The notes under the pieces were generated by a model that worked only from the letters and a program-made list of their open reading frames with translations, was not told the DNA's origin and did not search any database. A DNA stretch of 64,000 nt, taken from an uncultured Streptococcus sp. (GTDB lineage: Bacteria; Bacillota; Bacilli; Lactobacillales; Streptococcaceae). Made by a program: the position numbers and the translations under genes. Location of the stretch: the NCBI GenBank assembly GCA_963547765.1, contig CAUUSJ010000001.1, positions 10,507 to 74,506 of the forward strand. The letters are read 5' to 3'. Below are positions 21,773 through 32,589 of the stretch, one piece after another. Within the stretch, counting starts at the first letter, position 1. The number at the start of each line of letters is the position of its first letter.

Positions 21773-21911
21773 CTAGATAAAGAGGTTGAGATTTTCTCAG
21801 CCTTTTTTGGTTTTAAATCAGGATTTCTCCTCGTTTAAATGCAATGCTTGCGGCTCTCATAGGCGCCCAAATATGATATAATAAAAGTAATATTAGCAAG
21901 GCAGGTAAAAT

Positions 21912-22409
21912 ATGTATATCGAAATAGTGGATGAAACCGGTCAGGTTTCTCAAGAAATCATGAAGCAGACTCAGGAAATCTTGGAGTTTGCGGCTCAGAA
22001 GACGGGTAAAGAAAATAAGGAAATGGCTGTGACCTTTGTGACTAATGAGCGTAGCCATGAACTCAACTTGGAATATCGAGACACAGATCGGCCGACGGAT
22101 GTCATTAGCTTGGAATACAAGCCGGAGCTGGATATTGCCTTTGACGAGGAAGATTTGGCGGATAATCCTGAGCTGGCTGAGATGCTGGAGGATTTTGATG
22201 CTTATATCGGCGAGCTCTTCATTTCAGTGGACAAGGCGCGGGAGCAAGCAGAAGAATACGGCCACAGCTTTGAGCGGGAGATGGGCTTTTTGGCGGTGCA
22301 TGGTTTTCTGCATATCAACGGCTATGATCATTATACGCCGGAAGAAGAAGCGGAAATGTTTGGCTTACAGGAAGAAATTTTGACAGCTTATGGACTTACA
22401 AGAGAATAA
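21912..22409 (+). CDS. ybeY: rRNA maturation RNase YbeY
   Basis: [18 protein letters not shown]. Confidence 0.96.
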   Translation: MYIEIVDETGQVSQEIMKQTQEILEFAAQKTGKENKEMAVTFVTNERSHELNLEYRDTDRPTDVISLEYKPELDIAFDEEDLADNPELAEMLEDFDAYIGELFISVDKAREQAEEYGHSFEREMGFLAVHGFLHINGYDHYTPEEEAEMFGLQEEILTAYGLTRE

Positions 22410-22794
22410 AAAAAACAAACGCAAGTGGAAAAATCGAGATGTCATATCGAGTTTGGAGTTTGCTCTGACGGGGATTTTCACAGCTTTTAAGGAAGAAAAG
22501 AATATGCGGAGCCATGTTCTTTCAGCTGTAGCTGCCATCATTGCAGGTTTGATTTTTCGGATTTCAGCGACGGAGTGGCTGTTCTTGCTGCTAAGTATCT
22601 TTTTGGTGATCGCTTTTGAAATCATGAATTCGGCTGTTGAAAATGTTGTGGATCTGGCTAGTGATTATCACTTTTCTATGCGGGCAAAGAATGCCAAGGA
22701 TATGGCAGCTGGTGCAGTTTTGGTGGTTTCTGGTTTTGCAGTTATCACAGGTTTGATTATCTTTCTGCCGAAACTGTGGGATATTATTTTTTAG
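22390..22794 (+). CDS. dgkA: Diacylglycerol/undecaprenol kinase
   Basis: [21 protein letters not shown]. Confidence 0.93.
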   Translation: MDLQENKKNKRKWKNRDVISSLEFALTGIFTAFKEEKNMRSHVLSAVAAIIAGLIFRISATEWLFLLLSIFLVIAFEIMNSAVENVVDLASDYHFSMRAKNAKDMAAGAVLVVSGFAVITGLIIFLPKLWDIIF

Positions 22795-22809
22795 AGAAGG
22801 AATAGAACA

Positions 22810-23709
22810 ATGACTTTTAAATCAGGCTTTGTAGCCATTTTAGGTCGACCAAATGTCGGCAAATCAACTTTTTTGAATCATGTCATGGGGCAAAAAATTG
22901 CCATCATGAGTGACAAGGCTCAGACGACCCGCAATAAGATTATGGGCATTTATACGACGGATAAGGAGCAGATTGTCTTTATCGACACGCCGGGAATCCA
23001 CAAGCCTAAGACGGCTTTAGGCGATTTCATGGTGGAAGCAGCCTACAGCACCTTGCGTGAGGTGGATACGGTTCTCTTCATGGTACCGGCAGATGAGCCA
23101 CGTGGCAAGGGCGATGATATGATTATCGAACGTCTGAAAGCGGCTAAGGTGCCAGTTATTTTGGTGGTTAATAAGATTGATAAAGTTCATCCAGATCAGC
23201 TTTTGGCGCAAATTGATGATTTCCGTCAGCAGATGGACTTCAAAGAAATCGTTCCGATTTCGGCTCTGCAGGGCAACAATGTTTCGCATCTGATTGATAT
23301 CCTTAGTGAAAATCTGGAGGAAGGCTTCCAATATTTCCCAGAAGATCAGATTACCGACCATCCAGAGCGTTTCTTGGTTTCAGAAATGATTCGCGAGAAG
23401 GTTCTACACCTGACTCGTGAAGAAATCCCCCACTCAGTCGCAGTGGTTGTTGACAGCATGAAGCGAGACGAGGAGACGGACAAGGTCCATATCCGAGCGA
23501 CGATCATGGTCGAGCGTGACAGCCAAAAGGGCATTATCATCGGTAAAGGCGGCTCCATGCTCAAGAAAATCGGATCCATGGCTCGCCGCGATATCGAGCT
23601 CATGCTTGGAGACAAGGTCTTCCTCGAAACCTGGGTCAAGGTCAAGAAAAACTGGCGGGACAAGAAGCTGGATTTGGCAGACTTTGGCTATAATGAGAAG
23701 GAATATTAA
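22810..23709 (+). CDS. era: GTPase Era
   Basis: [26 protein letters not shown] domain. Confidence 0.97.
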   Translation: MTFKSGFVAILGRPNVGKSTFLNHVMGQKIAIMSDKAQTTRNKIMGIYTTDKEQIVFIDTPGIHKPKTALGDFMVEAAYSTLREVDTVLFMVPADEPRGKGDDMIIERLKAAKVPVILVVNKIDKVHPDQLLAQIDDFRQQMDFKEIVPISALQGNNVSHLIDILSENLEEGFQYFPEDQITDHPERFLVSEMIREKVLHLTREEIPHSVAVVVDSMKRDEETDKVHIRATIMVERDSQKGIIIGKGGSMLKKIGSMARRDIELMLGDKVFLETWVKVKKNWRDKKLDLADFGYNEKEY

Positions 23710-23765
23710 AAGAGCAAGAATTTTTCATTTCTGGTTATCGATTGAATCGTAGATAGGAAAATTGA

Positions 23766-24242
23766 ATGAACAAAGACTACATTTCCTATATTCGCTCCAA
23801 GGTGGGGCATGATAAGGTTATTCTGAATTTTGCTGGAGGAATTCTAGCAGACGAGGGTGGTCGTGTGCTTCTGCAGTTGCGAGGCGATAAAAAAACATGG
23901 GCGATTCCTGGTGGAGCTATGGAGCTCGGGGAGACTTCTTTGCAAGCAGCCGTGCGCGAATTTCACGAAGAGACAGGCATTGCTGTTGAAGCCAAGCGCT
24001 TGCTGAATGTTTACACTAATTTTGATGAATCTTATCCTAATGGAGACAAAGTGCAGACGGTTGTCTTTCTGTATGAGTTGCAGGCACTGGAGAATGTTGA
24101 TATTTCCAATTTTCATAATGAGGAAACACTGCGTTTAGGCTTTTTTTCTAAAGAAGAAATAGCAGAGCTGGAAAATGTATCGGATAAACACCGCCTGATG
24201 TTAGACGAGTATTTTTCAGACAGCTTTGCTATGGGGCTATGA
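23766..24242 (+). CDS. NUDIX hydrolase
   Basis: GGAMELGETSLQAAVREFHEETG Nudix box. Confidence 0.92.
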   Translation: MNKDYISYIRSKVGHDKVILNFAGGILADEGGRVLLQLRGDKKTWAIPGGAMELGETSLQAAVREFHEETGIAVEAKRLLNVYTNFDESYPNGDKVQTVVFLYELQALENVDISNFHNEETLRLGFFSKEEIAELENVSDKHRLMLDEYFSDSFAMGL

Positions 24243-24269
24243 TATTGAGAATACTAAGAAAGGAACTTT

Positions 24270-25094
24270 ATGCCTGAATTACCTGAAGTGGAAACGGTTC
24301 GGCGCGGTCTGGAGCGTCTGGTTGTTGGCAAGACGATTGGGCAGGTGCAGGTCCGCTATGCCAAGATGATTGGCACGGGAGTGGATGCTTTTGTCCATGA
24401 CTTGCCAGGTCAGACCATTGAAAAGATCGGCCGTCGGGGCAAGTATTTGCTCTTTTACCTGACGGGTGGAGTGCTGGTTTCCCATCTACGAATGGAAGGC
24501 AAGTATCTTTTCTATCCTGAAGAGGTGCCTGAGCGCAAGCATGCTCATGTCTTTTTCCAAATGACAGATGGTGGAACGCTTGTTTATGAGGATGTTCGCA
24601 AGTTTGGGACCATGGAGCTCTTGAGAAAGGACCAGCTGGAGGCTTATTTTGCTGCCAGAAAGCTTGGTCCTGAGCCGACAGAGGCGGACTTTCTTTTATC
24701 TCCTTTTGCAGCAGCTTTGAAGCGTTCCAAGAAGCCCATCAAACCCTATTTGCTGGAGCAGTCCTTGGTCGTTGGGCTAGGCAATATCTATGTAGATGAG
24801 GCTCTTTGGCGGGCGCGGATTCATCCGGCAAGGCCAGCAGATAGTCTGAAGCCTGCTGAAGTCAATCGGCTGCGTGAGCAGATTATAGAAGTTTTGCAGC
24901 TCGGGATTGAAAAGAGAGGATCGACTATTCGGACCTATCGCAATGCTTTGGGTGAAGATGGCACGATGCAGGATTTTCTGCAGGTCTATGGAAAGACTGG
25001 GCAACCCTGCGCTAGATGCGGCAGCCCGATTGAGAAAATTAAGCTGGGTGGACGCGGTACTCATCTCTGTCCTCACTGCCAGAAAGCGAGGTAG
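24270..25094 (+). CDS. mutM: Formamidopyrimidine-DNA glycosylase
   Basis: [15 protein letters not shown]-terminal zinc finger. Confidence 0.97.
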   Translation: MPELPEVETVRRGLERLVVGKTIGQVQVRYAKMIGTGVDAFVHDLPGQTIEKIGRRGKYLLFYLTGGVLVSHLRMEGKYLFYPEEVPERKHAHVFFQMTDGGTLVYEDVRKFGTMELLRKDQLEAYFAARKLGPEPTEADFLLSPFAAALKRSKKPIKPYLLEQSLVVGLGNIYVDEALWRARIHPARPADSLKPAEVNRLREQIIEVLQLGIEKRGSTIRTYRNALGEDGTMQDFLQVYGKTGQPCARCGSPIEKIKLGGRGTHLCPHCQKAR

Positions 25095-25099
25095 CTGTT

Positions 25100-25696
25100 A
25101 TGGCAAGAATTATCGGTATCACTGGCGGCATTGCCTCAGGTAAGTCAACTGTGACAGAGTTTTTAAGGCAGCAGGGTTATCAGGTCATTGATGCGGATCA
25201 GGTAGTGCATGAGCTGCAAGAGCCGGGGGGACGGCTTTATCAAGCTCTTTTATCTACTTTTGGCTCATCTATCTTACAGGAAGATGGGCGCTTGGACCGG
25301 CCTAAGCTGGGAGCTATGATTTTTGGGAATCCCGAACTCTTGGAGCAGTCCAGTCAAATACAAAATCAGATTATCCGCGAGGAACTGGCTGGCAGACGAG
25401 ATTTGCTGGCAGAGACGGAAGATATCTTTTTTATGGATCTTCCCTTGCTGTTTGAGTTACAATATGAAGACTGGTTTGACCAAATCTGGCTGGTGGATGT
25501 GACAGAGGAAACTCAGCTCAGTCGACTTATGACTCGAAATGCTCTGAATCAGGAAGAAGCAGAAAAGCGCATAGCAGCTCAGCTATCTCTCCAAGAAAAG
25601 CGAAAGAGGGCGGACGTGCTGATTGATAATGATGGATCGCTAGAGGAAACTCGACAACAGATTGGCGATGCTTTGCAGAAATTAGAAAGAAGATGA
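25100..25696 (+). CDS. coaE: Dephospho-CoA kinase
   Basis: GITGGIASGKST, DLPLLFE. Confidence 0.96.
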   Translation: MARIIGITGGIASGKSTVTEFLRQQGYQVIDADQVVHELQEPGGRLYQALLSTFGSSILQEDGRLDRPKLGAMIFGNPELLEQSSQIQNQIIREELAGRRDLLAETEDIFFMDLPLLFELQYEDWFDQIWLVDVTEETQLSRLMTRNALNQEEAEKRIAAQLSLQEKRKRADVLIDNDGSLEETRQQIGDALQKLERR

Positions 25697-25700
25697 TTCT

Positions 25701-26903
25701 ATCACGATACAAGTAAATTGGAAACATAATCTGAAAATCGCCTGGTTTGGGAATTTCCTGACAGGTGCCAGTATTTCTCTGGTCACTCCTTTCATGCCCC
25801 TTTTTGTGGAGCAGCTAGGAGCGCGTGGTCACGAAGTGGAGTACTATGCAGGTCTTGGCATTGCCCTTTCGGCTGTTTCGGCAGCCTTTTTATCCCCTGT
25901 CTGGGGTAGTTTGGCTGACCGCTATGGCCGTAAACCTATGATGATTCGGGCAGCTACGGCTATGGTCTTTACCATGGGTGGCATTGCCTTTGTGCCTAAT
26001 ATTTTTTGGCTCTTGGTCTTACGCTTTCTCAACGGCGTTTTTGCGGGCTATGTGCCCAACAGTACAGCCTTGATTGCCAGTCAGGTTCCAAAGGAAAAGA
26101 CGGGCTATGCCCTCGGTACTCTAGCAACTGGTGTCGTTGCTGGCAATCTCATGGGGCCCTTAATTGGTGGAGTGATTGCTGAAGTTTTTGGCATCCGCAA
26201 TGTCTTTCTACTGATTGGCTTTTTCTTTCTGATTGCGACCTTAATGACGGCTACTTTTATCCGAGAAGATTTTAGGCCAATCACCAAGGAAGAGGAGATT
26301 GGCTTTGGGGAACTCATTCGCCAGATTAGATATCCCAAGCTCTTGCCCACTCTTTTTCTGACCAGTTTTGTTATCCAGTTTGCAGCCCAGTCCATTGGCC
26401 CAATTCTCTCCCTTTACATTCGGGAGTTAGGCCAAACGGACAATTTGATTTTTGTATCTGGCCTGATTGTTTCGAGTATGGGGCTTTCTAGTATGCTGAG
26501 CTCAAGTATTTTAGGTCGGATGGGGGATCGGATGGGCAATCATCGTTTGCTCGTTTTAGCTCAGTTTTATTCCATTATCATTTACCTGCTTTGTGCTCAT
26601 GCAGGCTCTTCTCTCCAACTCGGTTTTTACCGTTTCTTGTTTGGTTTAGGAACGGGAGCTTTGGTGCCGGGAGTCAATGCTCTATTGAGTAAAATCACGC
26701 CTAAGTTTGGGATTTCTCGAATCTTTAGCTACAACCAGATTTTCTTTTATCTGGGTGGTGTCATCGGCCCCATGTCAGGCTCGGCTATTGCAGCGACAGC
26801 AGGCTATCATTCAGTCTTTTATGCTACAGCAGGCTTAGTGGGGCTGAGTCTCCTTATCAACCTTTTTTGTTTTGGAAATTTATTGAAAAAGAAGGAAATC
26901 TAG
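25701..26903 (+). CDS. pmrA: PmrA/MdtG-like multidrug MFS transporter; start uncertain (non-canonical codon or 5' frameshift)
   Basis: [14 protein letters not shown] motif; similarity continues in frame upstream of the first ATG (25794) as [25 protein letters not shown]. Confidence 0.8.
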   Translation: MTIQVNWKHNLKIAWFGNFLTGASISLVTPFMPLFVEQLGARGHEVEYYAGLGIALSAVSAAFLSPVWGSLADRYGRKPMMIRAATAMVFTMGGIAFVPNIFWLLVLRFLNGVFAGYVPNSTALIASQVPKEKTGYALGTLATGVVAGNLMGPLIGGVIAEVFGIRNVFLLIGFFFLIATLMTATFIREDFRPITKEEEIGFGELIRQIRYPKLLPTLFLTSFVIQFAAQSIGPILSLYIRELGQTDNLIFVSGLIVSSMGLSSMLSSSILGRMGDRMGNHRLLVLAQFYSIIIYLLCAHAGSSLQLGFYRFLFGLGTGALVPGVNALLSKITPKFGISRIFSYNQIFFYLGGVIGPMSGSAIAATAGYHSVFYATAGLVGLSLLINLFCFGNLLKKKEI

Positions 26904-27052
26904 TGCGCGTTAAAATTCATTTGAAATGCTCCAGTTGCGGCAGTCAGAATTATCTGACCAGTAAGAATAGTAAGACTCATCCTGATAAGATTGAGGTATT
27001 GAAGTACTGCCCCAAGGAAAGAAAAGTAACCTTACATCTTGAATCTAAGTAG
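26903..27052 (+). CDS. rpmG: 50S ribosomal protein L33 (GTG start)
   Basis: [17 protein letters not shown]...KYCP; upstream of secG. Confidence 0.9.
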   Translation: MRVKIHLKCSSCGSQNYLTSKNSKTHPDKIEVLKYCPKERKVTLHLESK

Positions 27053-27093
27053 ATTTTATGGTAAAATAGAAAGGATTTTAAGGAGTTTTATTT

Positions 27094-27327
27094 ATGTATA
27101 GCCTATTATTAACGATTTTAGTCATTTTATCAGGTTTTATTGTCATTGCTATTTTCATGCAACCAACTAAAAACCAATCTAGTAACGTGTTTGATTCGAG
27201 TGCCAACGACCTTTTTGAGCGGTCTAAAGCACGTGGATTTGAAGCTGTGATGCAGCGTTTGACCGGATTATTGATCTTCGTCTGGTTGCTGATTGCCTTG
27301 ATATTGGCAGTATTATCTAGTAAATAA
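27094..27327 (+). CDS. secG: Preprotein translocase subunit SecG
   Basis: MQP...LFERSKARGFE; secG-rnr-smpB synteny. Confidence 0.93.
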   Translation: MYSLLLTILVILSGFIVIAIFMQPTKNQSSNVFDSSANDLFERSKARGFEAVMQRLTGLLIFVWLLIALILAVLSSK

Positions 27328-27412
27328 AATGGGCTCTGACTTTGTCTTGGCCTTTTTTTAAAGTTTAAAAAGAGGGGAATATCAAGAGCCCCTCATAGTA
27401 TAGAAAGAAAGT

Positions 27413-29761
27413 ATGAAAGTAGAAATTATAGAATATTTAAAAGAAAAGCAGCAGGCTAGCGTGAATGAGCTGGCAGCTGCTTTGGGGAAAAAGTCTTCCA
27501 AGGACTTTAGTGACTTGGTTAAGACCATCTCCCAAATGGAAAGAAAGCATCAGATTCGCTTTGATGATGAGGGGCGGATTGAGCTTTACGAGAAGAAAAA
27601 GCAGGAGCGTCTGACGCTCAAGGGTGTTTTTCATGCCCACAAGAATGGCTTTGGCTTTGTCACCCTGAATGAAGAAGAGGATGATCTTTTTGTCGGCCGT
27701 AATGATGTCAATCATGCTATTGATGGTGATACGGTGGAAGTAGTCATTACCAAGGTGGCAGACCGGATCAAGGGAACATCAGCTGAGGCTAAGATTATCG
27801 ATATTTTGGAGCACAGCCTGACGTCAGCGGTTGGTCAGCTGGTTCTGGATGAGGAAAAGCCCAAGTATGCGGGTTATATCCGCTCGAAAAATCAGAAAAT
27901 AAGCCAGCCTATTTATGTCAAAAAACCAGCTATGGTTCTGGATGGTACAGAGGTGCTCAAGGTCGCTATTGACAAATATCCGACCAAGAAACACGATTTC
28001 TTTGTGGCTAGTCTGGTCGATGTGGTCGGTCATGTCAACGATCCAGGTATTGATGTATTAGAAGTGCTGGAGTCGATGGATATTGTCTCCGAATTTCCAG
28101 AAAAGGTCTTGGAAGAGGCCGAGCGAGTTCCGGATGCACCGACAGAGAGTGATTTGGCAGGACGTTTGGATCTGCGCGAAGAGATTACCTTTACCATCGA
28201 TGGGGCGGATGCCAAAGACTTGGATGATGCTGTCCATATCAAGCGCCTGAAAAATGGCAACTTTGAGCTAGGCGTACATATCGCAGATGTGTCCTACTAT
28301 GTCAAAGAAGGCTCTGAGCTGGACAAGGAAGCCCTCAATCGAGCGACTTCAGTCTATGTGACCGATCGCGTGGTACCTATGCTGCCAGAGCGCTTGTCAA
28401 ACGGAATCTGCTCTCTCAATCCCAATGTGGACCGGCTGACCCAGTCGGCTATCATGGAGATAGATGCCAAGGGGTGCGTGGTCAAGCATACCATTACTCA
28501 GACTGTCATCAAGACGACCTTCCGCATGACCTACAGCGATGTCAACGACATCATTGCTGGAAATCAGGAAAAAGCTGAGCAGTTCAAGGAAATTGTGCCT
28601 AGTATTGACAGCATGGTTCGTCTGCATGAAATTCTGGAAAGCATGCGTTTTAAGCGTGGTGCACTCAACTTTGACACCAATGAAGCCAAAATCATGGTCA
28701 ATAAAGAAGGCCGGCCGGTTGACATTGTCCTGCGTCAGCGGGGAATTGCCGAGCGAATGATTGAGTCCTTTATGCTGGTGGCGAATGAGACGGTGGCTGA
28801 GCATTTTGCTAAGCTAAATCTGCCCTTCATCTATCGGATTCACGAGGAGCCTAAGGCGGAGAAGGTGCAGAAGTTTATCGACTACGCCTCTAGCTTTGGG
28901 ATTCGGATATACGGGACGGCTAGCTCTATGAGTCAACAGGCCCTGCAGGATATTATGGAATCGGTCAAAGACCAGCCTTATGAGGATGTCCTATCCATGA
29001 TGCTTCTGCGCTCCATGCAGCAGGCTCGCTACTCCGAGCACAATTACGGCCACTACGGTCTGGCAGCGGAGTTTTATACGCATTTCACCAGTCCGATTCG
29101 CCGCTATCCGGACCTTCTGGTTCACCGGATGGTACGGGATTATGGCAAGTCTAAAGAAATAGCAGAGCATTTTGAGCAAGTGATTCCAGAGATTGCCAGT
29201 CAGTCTTCCAGCCGGGAGCGTCGGGCTATTGAGGCCGAGCGTGAAGTTGAAGCCATGAAGAAGGCTGAGTACATGGAAGAATTCGTTGGAGAAGAGTTTG
29301 ACGGCGTAGTTTCAAGCGTGGTTAAGTTTGGACTCTTCGTCGAACTGCCTAATACGGTCGAAGGCTTGATTCATGTTACCAATCTGCCAGAGTTTTACAG
29401 CTATAATGAGCGGACGATGACCCTGCAAGGAGAAAAGTCCGGCGTGGTCTTCAAGGTCGGTCAGCAGATTCGCATCAAGCTGGTCCGAGCGGATAAGGCT
29501 ACAGGCGAGATTGACTTTGAATACCTGCCAAGTGAATTTGACCTGGTAGAAAAGACTAGCAAGAGTGGCAGAGGCAGGTCAGGCAGAAAGAGACGCCGTG
29601 AGGATGGCAAGCGCAGCCATTCTTCCAAAGAAAAAGGCAACAGAGATAAGAAAGAGAAGAAGTCCAAGAAAGGCAAGAGCCAGAAGGCATTTTACAAGGA
29701 AATAGTCAAGAAAGGAGCCAAGCATGGCAAAGGGAGAAGGAAAGGTCGTCGCGCAAAATAA
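27413..29761 (+). CDS. rnr: Ribonuclease R
   Basis: [26 protein letters not shown]1 domain, basic tail. Confidence 0.97.
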   Translation: MKVEIIEYLKEKQQASVNELAAALGKKSSKDFSDLVKTISQMERKHQIRFDDEGRIELYEKKKQERLTLKGVFHAHKNGFGFVTLNEEEDDLFVGRNDVNHAIDGDTVEVVITKVADRIKGTSAEAKIIDILEHSLTSAVGQLVLDEEKPKYAGYIRSKNQKISQPIYVKKPAMVLDGTEVLKVAIDKYPTKKHDFFVASLVDVVGHVNDPGIDVLEVLESMDIVSEFPEKVLEEAERVPDAPTESDLAGRLDLREEITFTIDGADAKDLDDAVHIKRLKNGNFELGVHIADVSYYVKEGSELDKEALNRATSVYVTDRVVPMLPERLSNGICSLNPNVDRLTQSAIMEIDAKGCVVKHTITQTVIKTTFRMTYSDVNDIIAGNQEKAEQFKEIVPSIDSMVRLHEILESMRFKRGALNFDTNEAKIMVNKEGRPVDIVLRQRGIAERMIESFMLVANETVAEHFAKLNLPFIYRIHEEPKAEKVQKFIDYASSFGIRIYGTASSMSQQALQDIMESVKDQPYEDVLSMMLLRSMQQARYSEHNYGHYGLAAEFYTHFTSPIRRYPDLLVHRMVRDYGKSKEIAEHFEQVIPEIASQSSSRERRAIEAEREVEAMKKAEYMEEFVGEEFDGVVSSVVKFGLFVELPNTVEGLIHVTNLPEFYSYNERTMTLQGEKSGVVFKVGQQIRIKLVRADKATGEIDFEYLPSEFDLVEKTSKSGRGRSGRKRRREDGKRSHSSKEKGNRDKKEKKSKKGKSQKAFYKEIVKKGAKHGKGRRKGRRAK

Positions 29762-30191
29762 AAAGGCCAGACACGACTACACCATCGTGGATACCATCGA
29801 GGCGGGCATGGTGCTGACTGGTACGGAAATCAAGAGTGTCCGCGCTGCCCGTATCAATCTAAAAGACGGCTTTGCCCAGATCAAGAACGGTGAGGCCTGG
29901 CTCAGCAATGTCCATATTGCGCCTTATGAAGAGGGCAATATCTGGAACCAAGAGCCTGAGCGTCGCAGAAAGCTGCTGCTGCATAAGAAGCAGATCCAAA
30001 AGCTGGAGCAGGAGACCAAGGGAACTGGTATGACGCTGGTACCGCTCAAGGTCTATCTCAAGGACGGTTATGCCAAGCTCCTTCTGGGCTTAGCCAAAGG
30101 GAAGCACGACTATGACAAGCGCGAGTCCATCAAACGCCGCGAGCAAAATCGCGACATTGCAAGACAGATGAAGAAATTTAATACAAGATGA
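29724..30191 (+). CDS. smpB: SsrA-binding protein SmpB
   Basis: [26 protein letters not shown]. Confidence 0.97.
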   Translation: MAKGEGKVVAQNKKARHDYTIVDTIEAGMVLTGTEIKSVRAARINLKDGFAQIKNGEAWLSNVHIAPYEEGNIWNQEPERRRKLLLHKKQIQKLEQETKGTGMTLVPLKVYLKDGYAKLLLGLAKGKHDYDKRESIKRREQNRDIARQMKKFNTR

Positions 30192-30194
30192 AAG
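30126..30194 (+). repeat. Direct repeat copy 1: smpB 3' end
   Basis: tccatcaaacgccgcgagcaaaatcgcgac...tacaagatgaaag; matches 32522-32589. Confidence 0.92.
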
Positions 30195-30263
30195 ACTGGG
30201 CGACCGGTCTTTTTTAGTATTTAACTTTGACTTTTGATTTATGCTATAATGGAAAGGATGAGG
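30191..30263 (+). repeat. 73-bp terminator+promoter unit, copy 1
   Basis: aaagactgggcgaccggtctttttt hairpin, then TGCTATAAT and GGAAAGGATGAGG; 70/73 identical to 31327-31399. Confidence 0.92.
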
Positions 30264-30347
30264 AATGTAATTCGGAAGCTATCTTACAGACAGATAGAAT
30301 ATATAAATATGCAATGAATTCTTCAGTAAATTACTTGAGGTTAAGGA

Positions 30348-31274
30348 ATGAAAGTTATAAAATCGAAAAAAAGTATCTTTTTCATAATTCTTCTTACGGC
30401 TTTATTTGGAGCTCTGTTCCTTCATCACCAATCGCCAGTAGAAGAGGAGCGTTTCAGGAGTGAATATACACTTTATGTTGATGATCTTAGATTTGAGCAA
30501 TTGGAAGATGGAAAGCTTGTGTTTGTGACAAGTAAGACACCTGAACAGGGCTTTAATGCATTAAAAGTTGGGCAAAATAATTTTTATTTGGATGATTGGA
30601 GCTTCGATTATAGTGAGGAAAATCGAGCTGATAGTCATCAGAATGAAGGAGAGTACTACTTTATTAATGTCTATGATCTAAAGACGAAGAAGTTTAAGAA
30701 AAGATTGGACATTTTTGAAATTGTTCGACATTATGATCCTTCGTTAGGGGTTGACTTATCTGGCGATATTCTAAACATTCAAGGACAAGATTATATTTAC
30801 ATTAGGCTAATAAAAGAAAACAGCTCACCGAGAATTAAAGAAATCCTCTTTAATGTGGATACTGAGGAGATAATTGATTATTCAAAAGAATTTGTTGAAT
30901 CTAAATTACAATTCGATGAAGTATCCATCACTTCTGGCTTGTGGGATCACCTCACTGACTCATACAATCTTGCTTCGGGCTTTCAAGGTATAGGTCCTGG
31001 TTCAGTCAAAGGAAGTAAAATACCTGATGATTTAAATATCTCGAAACGATACCCTGAGATTGTAAAAAAAATGAATTCTGGTGAAGGAAAGATTTACACT
31101 CGTCGAGGCAATATTAGCCCAGAGGAATGGTATGATACACTAATATACTGGTTTGCTCCAGTAGGGCAAGATAAGCTTTCTCTTTCTATAACTGATAAGG
31201 AAACTAGTGAAGTAACACCTATTAATTCTTATGAAGATTTTTTAAAGTGGAGAGAGACTCATCAAAATGATTGA
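30348..31274 (+). CDS. Uncharacterised N-terminally membrane-anchored protein (cassette gene 1)
   Basis: 308-aa AT-rich ORF, basic+hydrophobic N-terminus; C-terminal YPEI.KKM / EEW..LI.WFAP.GQD shared with the next gene. Confidence 0.85.
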   Translation: MKVIKSKKSIFFIILLTALFGALFLHHQSPVEEERFRSEYTLYVDDLRFEQLEDGKLVFVTSKTPEQGFNALKVGQNNFYLDDWSFDYSEENRADSHQNEGEYYFINVYDLKTKKFKKRLDIFEIVRHYDPSLGVDLSGDILNIQGQDYIYIRLIKENSSPRIKEILFNVDTEEIIDYSKEFVESKLQFDEVSITSGLWDHLTDSYNLASGFQGIGPGSVKGSKIPDDLNISKRYPEIVKKMNSGEGKIYTRRGNISPEEWYDTLIYWFAPVGQDKLSLSITDKETSEVTPINSYEDFLKWRETHQND

Positions 31275-31326
31275 GCTGGGCAAAGAAGTGAATAGTAGCC
31301 ACAGGGGAAGATGACTAATGACATTA

Positions 31327-31399
31327 AAAGACTGGGCGACCGGTCTTTTTTAGTATTCAATTCTGACTTTTGATTTATGCTATAATGGAAAGGATGAGG
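31327..31399 (+). repeat. 73-bp terminator+promoter unit, copy 2
   Basis: Three substitutions relative to 30191-30263. Confidence 0.92.
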
Positions 31400-31502
31400 T
31401 TTGAGGATGACCACTTTTGGTGAATGATTGATGAAAAAGTGGATTGACTCCGAGGACTATCAAAATAAATGGCTAGATGAATTAAAAAGTGGTGGTAAGC
31501 AA

Positions 31503-32465
31503 ATGAAACTCAATAAAAAGCTATTCATATTTATATTCTGTTTGATTCTGACTTCCGTGGCTTCACTGACTTTTTTTCTAGGTGGGAAGAAGAAAGAATA
31601 TGCTAAGAGTGAATATTGTGTTGAAGGAATACAGCTATTTAATAAAGATAAATATGTTTTGGTTGGCAGTAAAGAAAATGATTCTTTTCGCTATAGTCAA
31701 AATTATATAACGGATTTTAAATACAACAGTTTGGATGAATATGACAGTGTAAGTTCATCTAAAGTAAATAAAGAGGAATATTTCAAAATCAAGATTTATA
31801 ATTTGCAGGATCCATCTAAAATAACTAGTAAGGAAGTCAATGTCTACGATTTGTTAGGACAAGAGAATACTTATAGGCTTAAGCAAATTCGTGCACAATT
31901 TACAAGGAACGGAGAAGAATTTCTAACTTTTAGTATGCACTCGTATGAAAAAGGGAAACCGGAGAAAATCAAATATTTTATTCTAGCATTGGAATCAGGA
32001 AAAATTGAAAAAGAGATGTCAGAAAAAGAGATTAATCTACTTTTAGATCAGAAGGATACTAGAACTTATATGAGAGGAACAATATATAAGACTATGGATC
32101 TTGTAAGAGGTGGAATAGGGGATCAGATTAATAACGCACTATTAAAGTATGGTATGGAGTATGTTTCTGGCTGCATAATACCATCGTATAAAATAGGTGA
32201 TTATGTAGAAGTTTCAGGTACTAATTTTGCTAATATTTATCCTGAAATTGCGAAAAAAATGGGAGACATGAATAAAATCTATTTCCGTCCAGAGCAATAC
32301 AATGAGGAGGAGTGGTTTAATGATTTAATTCATTGGTTTGCGCCCGAAGGTCAGGATGTAATGGAACTTTATGCCTCAGATGAAACAACTGGAGAGAAAA
32401 CACAGATTCGATCTTTTAATGATTTCAAGAAGTGGGTCGAAACCCATCCACAAAAAGAAAACTAG
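31503..32465 (+). CDS. Uncharacterised N-terminally membrane-anchored protein (cassette gene 2, paralog of 30348-31274)
   Basis: MKLNKKLFIFIF... signal anchor after GGTGGT; shared WFAPxGQD and DFxKWxETH. Confidence 0.85.
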   Translation: MKLNKKLFIFIFCLILTSVASLTFFLGGKKKEYAKSEYCVEGIQLFNKDKYVLVGSKENDSFRYSQNYITDFKYNSLDEYDSVSSSKVNKEEYFKIKIYNLQDPSKITSKEVNVYDLLGQENTYRLKQIRAQFTRNGEEFLTFSMHSYEKGKPEKIKYFILALESGKIEKEMSEKEINLLLDQKDTRTYMRGTIYKTMDLVRGGIGDQINNALLKYGMEYVSGCIIPSYKIGDYVEVSGTNFANIYPEIAKKMGDMNKIYFRPEQYNEEEWFNDLIHWFAPEGQDVMELYASDETTGEKTQIRSFNDFKKWVETHPQKEN

Positions 32466-32521
32466 AGTCTACAGGGAAAACGATAAAACTACTGACAAAT
32501 AATTCTTGTGAGAATCACGGA

Positions 32522-32589
32522 TCCATCAACGCCGCGAGCAAAACCGCGACATCGCAAGACAGATGAAAAACTTTAATACAAGATGAAAG
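32522..32589 (+). repeat. Direct repeat copy 2: orphan smpB 3' end
   Basis: One 1-nt deletion and four substitutions versus 30126-30194; still reads [18 protein letters not shown]. Confidence 0.92.

Noticed and set aside
30227..30463. 78-aa ORF starting inside the 73-bp repeat
   Set aside because: No RBS, spans the promoter and overlaps cassette gene 1 out of frame
30191..31399. CRISPR or IS interpretation of the repeats after smpB
   Set aside because: Only two 73-bp copies 1.1 kb apart; no cas genes, transposase or terminal inverted repeats
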